Below, piece by piece: positions 28,985-37,959 of a stretch of DNA of 64,000 nucleotides (positions within the stretch are counted from its first letter, which is position 1; every line of letters starts with the position of its first letter). Origin of the DNA: Bacteroidales bacterium. Its GTDB lineage: Bacteria; Bacteroidota; Bacteroidia; Bacteroidales; VadinHA17. The notes under the pieces are model-generated. The model did no database searches. It was not told where the DNA came from and saw nothing but the letters and a program-made list of their open reading frames with translations. The DNA is taken from positions 61 to 64,060 of the forward strand of contig JBBSAP010000005.1 of NCBI GenBank assembly GCA_038252165.1, written 5' to 3'. The translations under genes and the position numbers were made by a program.

Positions 28985-29803
28985 TTGTACTCGCTGCACA
29001 AAATAACTGTTTCGGTTTTATTTATTTTTCTCTTTTCTTCAGCCTCCGGCATTGATCCTTTTTTTACTGCGGCCGGCGCTGCAGAAGCGGGGACGAGCTT
29101 TTCATGCGTTATGGGACCTGGTTTCTGGTCATCATTTCACAACCAGGCATTGCTCCCGTTCAGAACTTCAGCCTCATTGGGTTTCAACTACCAGAACAGA
29201 TTCAATATAAGCGAGCTCGGAACAAGATCCGCAGGACTTGTCGTTCCCGCAGGGAAGGCAGGGCTGGGAGCAATCTACAGCAATTTCGGGTATAAGGATT
29301 TCATGCGCCACTCAGCGGGGCTTGCCTGCGGATTAAAGTTATCGGAAAAGATTTCAGGAGGAATCCAGGCTGATTTCTTCTATGAAAAGACAGCAGGAGA
29401 ATATCATGAAAGAAGGTCACTGAGCTTCGAAGCAGGACTCCTGATTATTCCTTCTGAAAAAATCAGGATTGGATTTCACATTTTCAATCCGATACCAAAT
29501 TCATTGAGGAAAAACTATCTGCCTTCATCCATCAGGGCAGGAGCAGGCATCTGGCTGAGCAAAGCACTTTTTGCATGTGCTGAGGCGGAAATGAGCACCG
29601 GAGGAAATCTGAACCTTAAAACAGGGTTTGAATACGAACCTTCGAAATTTATTAAGTTAAGAGGTGGGTTCTGCAGTGAAAATAATTCATTCAGTTTCGG
29701 GGTCGGATATGAAATGAAATTCGTGCAACTCGATATTGGCTTTGCAACTCACGACAGGCTGGGAGTAACTTCATCCGCATCGCTGATATTCCAGATAAAA
29801 TGA
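28985..29803 (+). CDS. hypothetical outer-membrane beta-barrel protein
   Basis: 272 aa with signal-like N-terminus ITVSVLFIFLFSSASG. It shows alternating hydrophobic beta-strand patterning and ends LIFQIK. The only in-frame start is TTG at 28985, so the start is uncertain. Confidence 0.5.
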   Translation: MYSLHKITVSVLFIFLFSSASGIDPFFTAAGAAEAGTSFSCVMGPGFWSSFHNQALLPFRTSASLGFNYQNRFNISELGTRSAGLVVPAGKAGLGAIYSNFGYKDFMRHSAGLACGLKLSEKISGGIQADFFYEKTAGEYHERRSLSFEAGLLIIPSEKIRIGFHIFNPIPNSLRKNYLPSSIRAGAGIWLSKALFACAEAEMSTGGNLNLKTGFEYEPSKFIKLRGGFCSENNSFSFGVGYEMKFVQLDIGFATHDRLGVTSSASLIFQIK

Positions 29804-29852
29804 AATTAAAAGTAAAAGAAAAATCAAAGAAAAATCAAAAGAAAAATCCATT

Positions 29853-29892
29853 AACCGCAAAGTACACAAAGCTGTCGCAAAGATCGCAAAGG
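29853..29892. repeat. CGCAAAG-rich short repeat tract
   Basis: The sequence is AACCGCAAAGTACACAAAGCTGTCGCAAAGATCGCAAAGG. It is preceded by a short tandem, (A)GAAAAATCAA x3, at about 29815-29849, and sits directly upstream of the GxxExxY fragment. Confidence 0.7.
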
Positions 29893-29928
29893 TCAATAGA
29901 ATAAAACATAATAAATAGACTAAAAGTA

Positions 29929-30072
29929 ATGAATGAAGATGAGCTTTCTAATAGGATAATAGGTTTAGCAATTGAGGTACATCAGTCTTTAGGACCCGGA
30001 TTGCTGGAAAGTGCTTATAAAGAATGTCTTTTCTACAGCCTTGTAAAAGAAGGTTTTGCGGTTAAAAAGGAA
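29929..30072 (+). pseudogene. truncated GxxExxY-family (PD-(D/E)XK-like) gene fragment
   Basis: The 48-aa sequence MNEDELSNRIIGLAIEVHQSLGPGLLESAYKECLFYSLVKEGFAVKKE matches the N-terminal third of ~125-aa GxxExxY proteins (GPGLLESAY). The remainder of the family sequence is absent. Confidence 0.65.
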
Positions 30073-32055
30073 TTCATAAAATATTTAATAATATTTTATC
30101 TTATATCCTTCAATTCTTCAATGGTTGTTAACTTATCAGCCCAGGAAGGAAAAATATCAGACATAATAGCTTCAATTGCAGAAGAGCTTGCAGATGATGA
30201 AACTGATCCGGAAGCCGCTGCCGTCTATGCTGAAAAACTGTATGACCTGACTGAAAAGCCAGTCAGGATAAATTATGCCGATGAATCAGAATTATCCCGT
30301 ATTTTCTTTCTTACCGACTTCCAGGTCAAAGCACTTGCAGAATATATCCATTCAACCGGTAAGATAATCTCACTGTATGAAATTGCTGCTGTCTCCGGTT
30401 TCGACCGTGACCTTACACAAATGATTACCCCATTTATATCGCTTGATACTGAAAAGACAGCTAGTTCTGAACCGGTCCGGTTCAGAACTAACTTACTCAC
30501 AAGTTTTTCAGCAAGGTTCCCTGCTTCAGCAACATCCTCAGCTGGTCCGCCCTGGAAATCATTAACCAGGTATAAATTTACGGCCGGAAGGGTTTCAGGA
30601 GGTCTAACTGCTGAAAAAGACGCAGGTGAAAAACTGCTTTCCGGAAAACCACCACTTCCCGATTTTTTATCAGCAAACATTGCATGGACAGGCAAAGGGA
30701 TCGTCAGAAAAGTAATTGCAGGTGATATCGGAGCACGATTCGGGATGGGAACAAGCATTAATACAGGCCTGAGGACGGGCCTTTCACTTACTCAATCGGG
30801 ATATTTATCGGGTGGTGATGAGATAAAACCTTACACTTCAACAGATGAGAACATATTTTTCAGGGGAGTTGCCACTCAGTTTCAAATAAGAAAAACAAGT
30901 CTCTCTTTCTTATATTCAATAAACAGGATTGATGCCAGCATCGATACTGCAATTAATGGATCAGAACCGTTCATCGAAACATTCCAGAGGTCCGGATTGC
31001 ATAATAATGCCTCATCGCTTGAGAAAAAAGATGCCGTTTCCGAATATTGCTACATAATAAACCTTTGTACCGATTTTAAATCCTTCAGAACAGGCATTTT
31101 ATGGACGGAAAGCAGGTTTTCTCTTCCTGTAACAAATACTGACCCTCGGCCTGAAGATATTTATGATTTTGAAGGGACCGCAAGTATAACGGCCACAGGT
31201 TACTATAAGGCCATTCTTGGTAAGATGTTATTTTATGGCGAGGTTTCCTCAAACCTGAACCAGAAACTTGCGATTGTCGAGGGAGTCTCATTCCGCCCTT
31301 CCGACAGATTGTCGCTGAATCTGTTGTACAGAGATTATGATCCGGGCTACACTAGCTTTCATGGAAAAGGGCTTTTCAGCACTTCAGCGGGTGACAATGT
31401 CAGGGGAGTATTCGGGAATTTCACCTTTGAGGCAGCCAGGCATTTGTTCATCAGTGCAGGATGTGACCTGCGGTTCTACCCATGGCTTAAATACAGGTGT
31501 AGTGCTCCCTCGGCAGCAGTAAGCAGGGAAGTGAGAATAAAATATCTTTCATCTGATAAATTAACTTTTGAAGCAGTCTTTAATCACCGGCAATCAATGT
31601 TAAACCGGGAAGAAACTGATGGAATAAAGAAACAGGAGAATTTTGCCGGCAGTTTAATAAAAGGTTCGGTCAGGTATTCCCCGCAGGAAAATCTGACACT
31701 GATGACACGAATTGATTATAAGGTCACCAGGCCTGGGAGAGGGCATGGTATGCTGCTTTTACAGGATTTGAGCTACAAGTTTGGGAAAATCCCCCTGTCA
31801 GTATGGTTCAGGTATTGCATTTTTAAAACAGACAGCTGGGATTCAAGACTTTATACCTATGAAAATGACCTTCTATACAGCTTTAGCATTCCTGCATTGT
31901 CGGGTGAGGGCAACAGGACCTATTTAATGGTTGACTGGAGAGCAGGAAAATTCCTCGACCTACGGATCAAATACGGGATAACTGAACTCCGGAAGGACAA
32001 CTATTCGTGCATCGAAACAGAAGAATTAAAAGTACAGGCCAGGATCTGGTTCTAA
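29929..32055 (+). CDS. chimeric ORF: GxxExxY fragment fused in frame to a secreted protein with a degenerate ComEA-like HhH domain and a large beta-barrel
   Basis: - After residue 49 comes a signal-peptide-like stretch, IKYLIIFYLISFNSSMVVNLSAQ. It begins at an ATA codon (30076), not a start codon.
- A ComEA-like pattern follows: VRINYADESELSRIFFLTDFQVKALAEYIHSTGKIISLYEIAAVSGF.
- About 500 aa of beta-strand-rich sequence then ends QARIWF.
- The true start is unresolved; the next ATG is at 30121. Confidence 0.6.
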   Translation: MNEDELSNRIIGLAIEVHQSLGPGLLESAYKECLFYSLVKEGFAVKKEFIKYLIIFYLISFNSSMVVNLSAQEGKISDIIASIAEELADDETDPEAAAVYAEKLYDLTEKPVRINYADESELSRIFFLTDFQVKALAEYIHSTGKIISLYEIAAVSGFDRDLTQMITPFISLDTEKTASSEPVRFRTNLLTSFSARFPASATSSAGPPWKSLTRYKFTAGRVSGGLTAEKDAGEKLLSGKPPLPDFLSANIAWTGKGIVRKVIAGDIGARFGMGTSINTGLRTGLSLTQSGYLSGGDEIKPYTSTDENIFFRGVATQFQIRKTSLSFLYSINRIDASIDTAINGSEPFIETFQRSGLHNNASSLEKKDAVSEYCYIINLCTDFKSFRTGILWTESRFSLPVTNTDPRPEDIYDFEGTASITATGYYKAILGKMLFYGEVSSNLNQKLAIVEGVSFRPSDRLSLNLLYRDYDPGYTSFHGKGLFSTSAGDNVRGVFGNFTFEAARHLFISAGCDLRFYPWLKYRCSAPSAAVSREVRIKYLSSDKLTFEAVFNHRQSMLNREETDGIKKQENFAGSLIKGSVRYSPQENLTLMTRIDYKVTRPGRGHGMLLLQDLSYKFGKIPLSVWFRYCIFKTDSWDSRLYTYENDLLYSFSIPALSGEGNRTYLMVDWRAGKFLDLRIKYGITELRKDNYSCIETEELKVQARIWF

Positions 32056-32087
32056 ACAAGCATCAGGTACCTGGTAACAACTTCTGT

Positions 32088-33806
32088 TTATTCTCTTTTA
32101 ATCTTAATATCCCTGATATTCAGCTGAAGGTTCCTGTTACCCCTGAACTCATTCATCTCGATTGAGTAGCAGATATCTATCGGGTTACCTCCCTTGATGT
32201 ATTCAAAATGCTCTGCCTGGCTGAAGGCAATAGCTGGGAAAATTTTCCGGCCTGTCGATTCGTGGCAAAGATCCAGCTTCAGGTGTTCGCCGCTTGAGCC
32301 TACCATCTTCGCCGTTCCGGCATCAAAAACATTTCTTGAAACGAAGACAGGAGACATGTTCTCAGGTCCGAAAGGCTGGAACTTATTCAGGAAATTGAAG
32401 AATTCCTCACTTATTTCTCCAAATGAAAGTTCGGAATCAACGAAAACTCTCGGAACAAGTTGTTCTTCTGTGATCGTATCGTTCACATACTGTTCAAAAC
32501 GTTCCATGAATGGCCTGATGTTCTCCTTCTTCAGAGTAAGCCCGGCAGCAAACATGTGGCCGCCAAAGCTTTCGAGCAGATCACTGCAAGCCTCAATTGC
32601 CTGGTAAAGATCATATCCCTGTACGGAACGTGCCGAACCTGTTGCAAAGCCATTTGATTCAGTCAGTATAACTGTAGGCCGGTAATATGTTTCGATAAGC
32701 CGTGAAGCAACAATTCCGATTACACCTTTTTTCCAGGAGGGATTAAAAAGGACTGTAGTCTTGGCATTTACAGTCCTCAGGTCCTCGGAGATCATACGCA
32801 TTGCTTCGGTAGTTATTGAGCGGTCGACATTTCGCCGTTCAATATTGAAACTGTTTATCTCCTTGCTTATTCCGGCAGCTATTTTTATGTCGCTTTCGAC
32901 AAGCAGTTCAACAACCTTGCTCCCTGTCTCCATACGTCCGGCTGCATTTATCCGCGGGCCGATCTTAAATACAACATCCTCAATAGTCATGGCCCGGTTC
33001 ACTTCCGCTTCGCGGATTATTTCTTTAAGTCCTGTACCCGGTGATTCATTCAGCTGTTTCAGTCCGAAGTAGGCAAGCACCCTGTTTTCTCCGGTAAGAG
33101 GTACAATATCGGAAGCAATGCTTACCGCCACAAGATCGAGATAACCGGCAATCTTGCTGAAGGGTATTCCATGAACCCTTGAATAAGCCTGCACAAGTTT
33201 AAATCCCACGCCGCATCCCGAGAGTTCCTTAAAAGGGTAGTTGCATCCGGGCTGTTTGGGATCGAGCACAGCAACCGCTTTTGGGATCTCATCACCGGGG
33301 TAATGATGGTCACAAACAATTACATCAATGCCTTTTGACCTGGCATATTTTACCTTTTCGACAGCTTTAATTCCGCAGTCAAGGGTGATCATAACCTTGA
33401 AATTATTCTGAAATGCATAATCTATCCCCACGAACGAAACCCCGTAGCCCTCCTTGTACCTGTCGGGTATGTAATATTCAACACTGGAAAACTGTTCTTT
33501 CAGGAATGAGTACATCAAAGCAACGGCAGTTGTGCCGTCAACATCGTAATCTCCATATACAAGGATCTTTTCGTTCTTTTTGATCGCAGCCGATATCCTC
33601 TCAACCGCGATATTCATATCTTTCATCATGAAAGGATCATGAAGATAACCCAGGTCCGGCTCAAAAAAGGCCAGGGCCTCTTCCGGCGATGTAATGTTTC
33701 TCTGAACCATCAGATTAGCAAGAGCTTCCGATATTTTAAGAGCACCTGCAAGCTGCCTGACAACTGCTGAATCACCCTTCTCCTTAATCACCCATCTCTT
33801 TTCCAT
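32088..33806 (-). CDS. recJ: single-stranded-DNA-specific exonuclease RecJ
   Basis: 572 aa with DHH motifs (VYGDYDVDGTT, ITLDCG, VCDHH) and the DHHA1 motif GGHMFAAG. Confidence 0.95.
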   Translation of the reverse strand: MEKRWVIKEKGDSAVVRQLAGALKISEALANLMVQRNITSPEEALAFFEPDLGYLHDPFMMKDMNIAVERISAAIKKNEKILVYGDYDVDGTTAVALMYSFLKEQFSSVEYYIPDRYKEGYGVSFVGIDYAFQNNFKVMITLDCGIKAVEKVKYARSKGIDVIVCDHHYPGDEIPKAVAVLDPKQPGCNYPFKELSGCGVGFKLVQAYSRVHGIPFSKIAGYLDLVAVSIASDIVPLTGENRVLAYFGLKQLNESPGTGLKEIIREAEVNRAMTIEDVVFKIGPRINAAGRMETGSKVVELLVESDIKIAAGISKEINSFNIERRNVDRSITTEAMRMISEDLRTVNAKTTVLFNPSWKKGVIGIVASRLIETYYRPTVILTESNGFATGSARSVQGYDLYQAIEACSDLLESFGGHMFAAGLTLKKENIRPFMERFEQYVNDTITEEQLVPRVFVDSELSFGEISEEFFNFLNKFQPFGPENMSPVFVSRNVFDAGTAKMVGSSGEHLKLDLCHESTGRKIFPAIAFSQAEHFEYIKGGNPIDICYSIEMNEFRGNRNLQLNIRDIKIKRE

Positions 33807-33813
33807 CCTTCTG

Positions 33814-34521
33814 TTAATTAATCCATTTCAGGTCAAAAGCTTTCTGAAGGTTATTCTTAACCATCTCTTTGACAGATTCAAAATCCTGTTTAAAGCCAAG
33901 TTCCTTTTCAAGTGATGTCACTCCCTTATCAGTGAATCCGCACGGGTTAATAAAATTAAAATAGGTCAGATCAGTATTTACATTGAAAGCAAAGCCGTGC
34001 ATCGTAACATATCTGCTTGCCCTGACCCCGATAGCGCATATTTTACGTGCTTTACCTTTTTTATCAGTATCAAGCCAAACCCCGGTTGCCCCGTCAAGCC
34101 TTGATCCGGGAATGCCAAATTGCGAAACGGTCGAAATAATTGCTTCTTCAAGCCTGTTAATATACTCTTTCAGACTGACTTTTAACTTCTCAAGATCAAA
34201 GATCGGATACCCGACTATCTGTCCGGGACCATGATAAGTAATGTCACCTCCCCTGTTGGTTCTGAAAAATTTTGCATCCTTTGTCTGAAGCTGGATATGA
34301 TCTATCAGCAGATTGTTCTCCGATCCGCTTTTACCAAGTGTGTAAACATGCGGATGCTCAACAAAAATCAACGTTCCGGAGTCAGAATTTTCCTCATGGG
34401 AATTACTCAGATGTTCATTCAGTTTATTCCCGACAAGCCTTCCGAAGATTTTCTCCTGCATCTCCCAGACCTCTTTGTAATCTCTTACTCCAATATCTTG
34501 ATATAAAACACTATAGCTCAA
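33814..34521 (-). CDS. lipB: lipoyl(octanoyl) transferase
   Basis: 235 aa with TNRGGDITYHGPGQ and the KICAIGV catalytic-lysine motif. Confidence 0.9.
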   Translation of the reverse strand: MSYSVLYQDIGVRDYKEVWEMQEKIFGRLVGNKLNEHLSNSHEENSDSGTLIFVEHPHVYTLGKSGSENNLLIDHIQLQTKDAKFFRTNRGGDITYHGPGQIVGYPIFDLEKLKVSLKEYINRLEEAIISTVSQFGIPGSRLDGATGVWLDTDKKGKARKICAIGVRASRYVTMHGFAFNVNTDLTYFNFINPCGFTDKGVTSLEKELGFKQDFESVKEMVKNNLQKAFDLKWIN

Positions 34522-34554
34522 TTCCTGCCAAGTCTGTTAATTATGACAATATAG

Positions 34555-35415
34555 TCATTTTAATCCAACCGCGATGTGTTTTTCAGCATGAAAAGATGAT
34601 CGAACAAGAGGATGGCACTCCACCATTTCAAATCCCTCTTCATAAGCCATTTTTTTATATTCCTCAAATTTCTCAGGACTGATAAAACCCACTGCCTTCA
34701 TATGGTTCAGTGTTGGCTGGAGGTACTGTCCAACTGTCAGAATCCTGCAGCCTGAAGCAAACAGATCATGCAGAGTATCTTTCACCTCACTTTCATTTTC
34801 TCCGAGCCCGACCATAAATCCGGATTTGGTCCTCATCTCCTTCCCTGAGATGTATCTCAGTACACTCAGACTTGTCTCATATTTAGCTTTCGTCCTGATC
34901 AGAGGAGTCAACCGCCGGACCGTTTCTATATTATGGGAAATAACATCTGGTCCTGCTTCAATTACACGCTGTATATTTTCTGCCCTGCCGTCAAAATCGG
35001 GAATTAAAGTTTCAATTGTTATTCCGGGATTTATTTCCTTTATTGTTCTGACGGTATCGGCCCAGAATGAAGAACCCCGGTCAGGAAGATCATCCCTGTC
35101 GACTGATGTTATAACACAATGCTTAAGCTGAAGCGTTCTGAGCGATTCAGCAAGCCGGAGCGGTTCTTCCCGATCGGGTGGAAGAGGCTTTCCGGTTTGA
35201 GTTGCACAGAATTTGCAAGCACGGGTGCATATATCTCCCAGGATCATAAAAGTTGCGGTTCCTGCATTCCAGCATTCTCCGATATTCGGACAATTTCCGC
35301 TTGTGCAGATTGTATGAAGGTGATTATTATCTATCAGACGCTTTACTCTGGAATAATTCTCCCCGCTTGCTCTCTGCATTTTAAGCCATCCCGGTAATCT
35401 TCTCCCCGTTTGCAT
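34555..35415 (-). CDS. lipA: lipoyl synthase
   Basis: 286 aa with N-terminal cluster CTSGNCPNIGEC and radical-SAM motif CTRACKFC. Confidence 0.95.
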   Translation of the reverse strand: MQTGRRLPGWLKMQRASGENYSRVKRLIDNNHLHTICTSGNCPNIGECWNAGTATFMILGDICTRACKFCATQTGKPLPPDREEPLRLAESLRTLQLKHCVITSVDRDDLPDRGSSFWADTVRTIKEINPGITIETLIPDFDGRAENIQRVIEAGPDVISHNIETVRRLTPLIRTKAKYETSLSVLRYISGKEMRTKSGFMVGLGENESEVKDTLHDLFASGCRILTVGQYLQPTLNHMKAVGFISPEKFEEYKKMAYEEGFEMVECHPLVRSSFHAEKHIAVGLK

Positions 35416-35456
35416 ATAAGAATTTGTGAATTGACAAAAGTACTAAAAAATCTTAA

Positions 35457-35572
35457 GGTCTTTGTATCACTTTGTGTCACTCTGTGAATTCTGTTTGTAC
35501 CTCTTTGCAGGTACTTTTTTGTTTCACAAAGATCCACAGAAAAGCACAGAGAAATACAGAGTGAAAACATCG
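35457..35572. repeat. MITE-like imperfect palindromic element (CTNTGTG arm / CACAGAG arm)
   Basis: The left arm is rich in CACTTTGTGTCACTCTGTG and the right arm in CACAGAAAAGCACAGAGAAATACAGAGTG. The centre holds a perfect hairpin, GTACCT-CTTTGC-AGGTAC (35497-35514), followed by T6. The whole element is flanked by the 8-bp direct repeat AATCTTAA (35449-35456 and 35573-35580). Confidence 0.7.
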
Positions 35573-35587
35573 AATCTTAAAAAAAAC

Positions 35588-35595
35588 TATATTTG
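35588..35595 (+). promoter_or_regulatory. candidate -7 box (TATATTTG) for fucI
   Basis: Exact fit to TAnnTTTG, 43 nt upstream of the fucI ATG. Confidence 0.5.
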
Positions 35596-35638
35596 TTAAC
35601 TGACAAAACCTTTTTGAAAAAACTAAAAACAACATAAT

Positions 35639-37441
35639 ATGGCTGAGAACGATTTCAAATTAAACCACAACTACAAGACTGTTATTGGTGATTTTCCAAA
35701 AGTCGGCATTCGACCGGTGATTGACGGACGAGAAAGAGGTGTCAGGGAATCCCTTGAAACCCAGACAATGAATATGGCAAAGGCTGCAGCTGATCTGATC
35801 AGGAAGAACCTTAAATACCCTGACGGAAAGCCAGTCGATTGTGTAATTTCCGATACCTGCATCGGCGGGGTTGCAGAGGCGGCATCTTCCGCAGAGAAAT
35901 TCCGAAAATCTGGCGTAGGCGTCAGTCTTACAGTTACACCATGCTGGTGTTACGGCAGCGAGACTATTGATATGGATTCCGTTACACCCAAAGCCATCTG
36001 GGGATTTAACGGAACCGAAAGGCCGGGAGCAGTATATCTTGCTGCTGCACTTGCAGGCCATGCCATGAAGGGATTGCCCGCATTCGGAATATATGGCCGC
36101 GATGTACAGGACATGGATGATAAGTCAATCCCCGGCGACGTAAGTGAAAAAATACTGAGGTTTGTGAAGGCCGGGTTATCCACAGCATTCATGAAAGGGA
36201 AATCATACCTGTCAATGGGATCTGTATCAATGGGTATTGCAGGCTCGATAGTACGGGAAGACTTCTTTCAGGAATACCTTGGCATGCGTAATGAATATGT
36301 CGATATGAGTGAATTCAGCAGAAGGCTGAATGAGGATATCTTTGATAAGGAAGAATTCAAAAAAGCCCTGGCCTGGACAAATAAATATTGCAGGGAAGGG
36401 GTTGATCTTAACGCAAAACCATCTTCAAGGACAAGGAAGGACAAAGAATGGGAGATAGTAGTAAAGATGGCCATTATTGCCCGTGATCTGATGGTAGGAA
36501 ATCCGAAGCTCAAAAAACTCGGATTCGGCGAAGAGTCAAATGGGCATAATGCTCTGTTATCGGGGTTCCAGGGACAGCGTCAATGGACCGATCATATGCC
36601 TAATGGTGACTTTCTTGAAGCCATCCTGTGTTCTTCTTTTGACTGGAACGGGATAAGGCCGCCCTACCTGGTAGCAACAGAAAATGACGCGATGAACGGA
36701 GTGCCCATGTTATTCGGATATCTTCTGACCAATACAGCACAAATGTTCTCTGATATCCGCACATACTGGAGCCCTGAGGCAATAAGAAGAGTGACAAAGA
36801 TAAAACCCGAAGGACTTGCTGCAAATGGAATTATTCATCTTATAAATTCGGGAGCATCAGCACTTGATTTTTCCGGTAAGCAGACAATAAAAGGAGAAGC
36901 TTGCATCAAGCCTTTCTGGGAGATAACAGGAAAAGATGCCACCGAGTGTCTTAAAGCAACAATCTGGTCTCCGGCAAGCACGGGCTATTTCAGGGGAGGT
37001 GGCTTCTCATCGCAGTTCACAACAAGAGATGTAATGCCTGTAACAATCTCCAGGGTAAACCTGGTAAAAGGAATCGGACCGGTCCTACAGCTTGCCGAAG
37101 GATGGACTGTTGATCTTCCTGAAAAAATGAATAAGATACTCACCGACAGAACTGATCCGGGATGGCCTACTACATGGTTTGCACCAAGGCTTACAGGACA
37201 GGGGCCGTTTAAGGATGTCTATTCGGTAATGGCTAACTGGGGAGCAAACCATTCTGCTTCAAGTTACGGCCATATTGGGGCTGATCTGATTACTTTGGCT
37301 TCAATATTGAGAATACCGGTGTGTCTGCATAATGTCCCGGAAGCTCAGGTTTTCAGACCAAGCTCCTGGAATGCATTCGGAATGGATAAGGAAGGAGCTG
37401 ATTACAGGGCATGCCTGACTTACGGGCCATTATACAGGTGA
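35639..37441 (+). CDS. fucI: L-fucose isomerase
   Basis: 600 aa. The N-terminus [32 protein letters not shown] closely parallels E. coli FucI ([30 protein letters not shown]). Confidence 0.95.
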   Translation: MAENDFKLNHNYKTVIGDFPKVGIRPVIDGRERGVRESLETQTMNMAKAAADLIRKNLKYPDGKPVDCVISDTCIGGVAEAASSAEKFRKSGVGVSLTVTPCWCYGSETIDMDSVTPKAIWGFNGTERPGAVYLAAALAGHAMKGLPAFGIYGRDVQDMDDKSIPGDVSEKILRFVKAGLSTAFMKGKSYLSMGSVSMGIAGSIVREDFFQEYLGMRNEYVDMSEFSRRLNEDIFDKEEFKKALAWTNKYCREGVDLNAKPSSRTRKDKEWEIVVKMAIIARDLMVGNPKLKKLGFGEESNGHNALLSGFQGQRQWTDHMPNGDFLEAILCSSFDWNGIRPPYLVATENDAMNGVPMLFGYLLTNTAQMFSDIRTYWSPEAIRRVTKIKPEGLAANGIIHLINSGASALDFSGKQTIKGEACIKPFWEITGKDATECLKATIWSPASTGYFRGGGFSSQFTTRDVMPVTISRVNLVKGIGPVLQLAEGWTVDLPEKMNKILTDRTDPGWPTTWFAPRLTGQGPFKDVYSVMANWGANHSASSYGHIGADLITLASILRIPVCLHNVPEAQVFRPSSWNAFGMDKEGADYRACLTYGPLYR

Positions 37442-37509
37442 TAAAGAAATAACATAGCATTTGATTCCAGTTGGAAATAAAACATTAAAAACTAACGCTT
37501 TAGAAAAAA

Positions 37510-37956
37510 ATGGAAACAACTTCCGAAGACAGGAAAATTGAAATAGGTCCTGAAATCCTTGATCATCTCAATTCCACCAGAAAATGGACCACATTTCTTG
37601 CAATTCTCGGATTTATTTTTCTTGGATTGCTTCTCATTGCCGGTCTGGCTACAAGTGTTTTTCTTACAACATTCAAGACAACTGAAGCCAATATAGGAAT
37701 ACCTGAATCGCTGATGATCCTATTATTTATTATTATCGGATTCATCTATTTTTTTCCGGTATTCTTTCTTTTACGGTTTTCCCGGAATACACGAGATGCT
37801 ATTCAAAACCTTGATAAGCAGAAGCTTCAGAAAGGATTCAGGAACCTGAGGCTCTATTTCACCTATATTGGAGTTTTGGTAATTGTTGTTCTCACAATCT
37901 ATGTAGTGGCATTGCTGTTCGCCGGGGCATCAATGTCATTCCTGAAAGGCATGTGA
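37510..37956 (+). CDS. small integral membrane protein of unknown function
   Basis: 148 aa with three predicted TM helices (FLAILGFIFLGLLLIAGLATSVFL, LMILLFIIIGFIYFFPVFFLL, IGVLVIVVLTIYVVALLFAG). It ends 3 nt before the fucK start. Confidence 0.6.
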   Translation: METTSEDRKIEIGPEILDHLNSTRKWTTFLAILGFIFLGLLLIAGLATSVFLTTFKTTEANIGIPESLMILLFIIIGFIYFFPVFFLLRFSRNTRDAIQNLDKQKLQKGFRNLRLYFTYIGVLVIVVLTIYVVALLFAGASMSFLKGM

Positions 37957-37959
37957 TTT

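Noticed and set aside
29815-29849. Short tandem (A)GAAAAATCAA x3, considered as a possible CRISPR or VNTR.
   Set aside because: There are only three ~11-bp A-rich units with no spacers, which is far too short for a CRISPR array. It is noted only as part of the repeat tract upstream of the GxxExxY fragment.
35343-35570. 75-aa minus-strand ORF (MFSLCISLCFSVDLCETKK...).
   Set aside because: Its N-terminal half is simply a translation of the CACAGAG-rich palindromic repeat, and its C-terminal part overlaps the start of lipA. It is probably an artefact.
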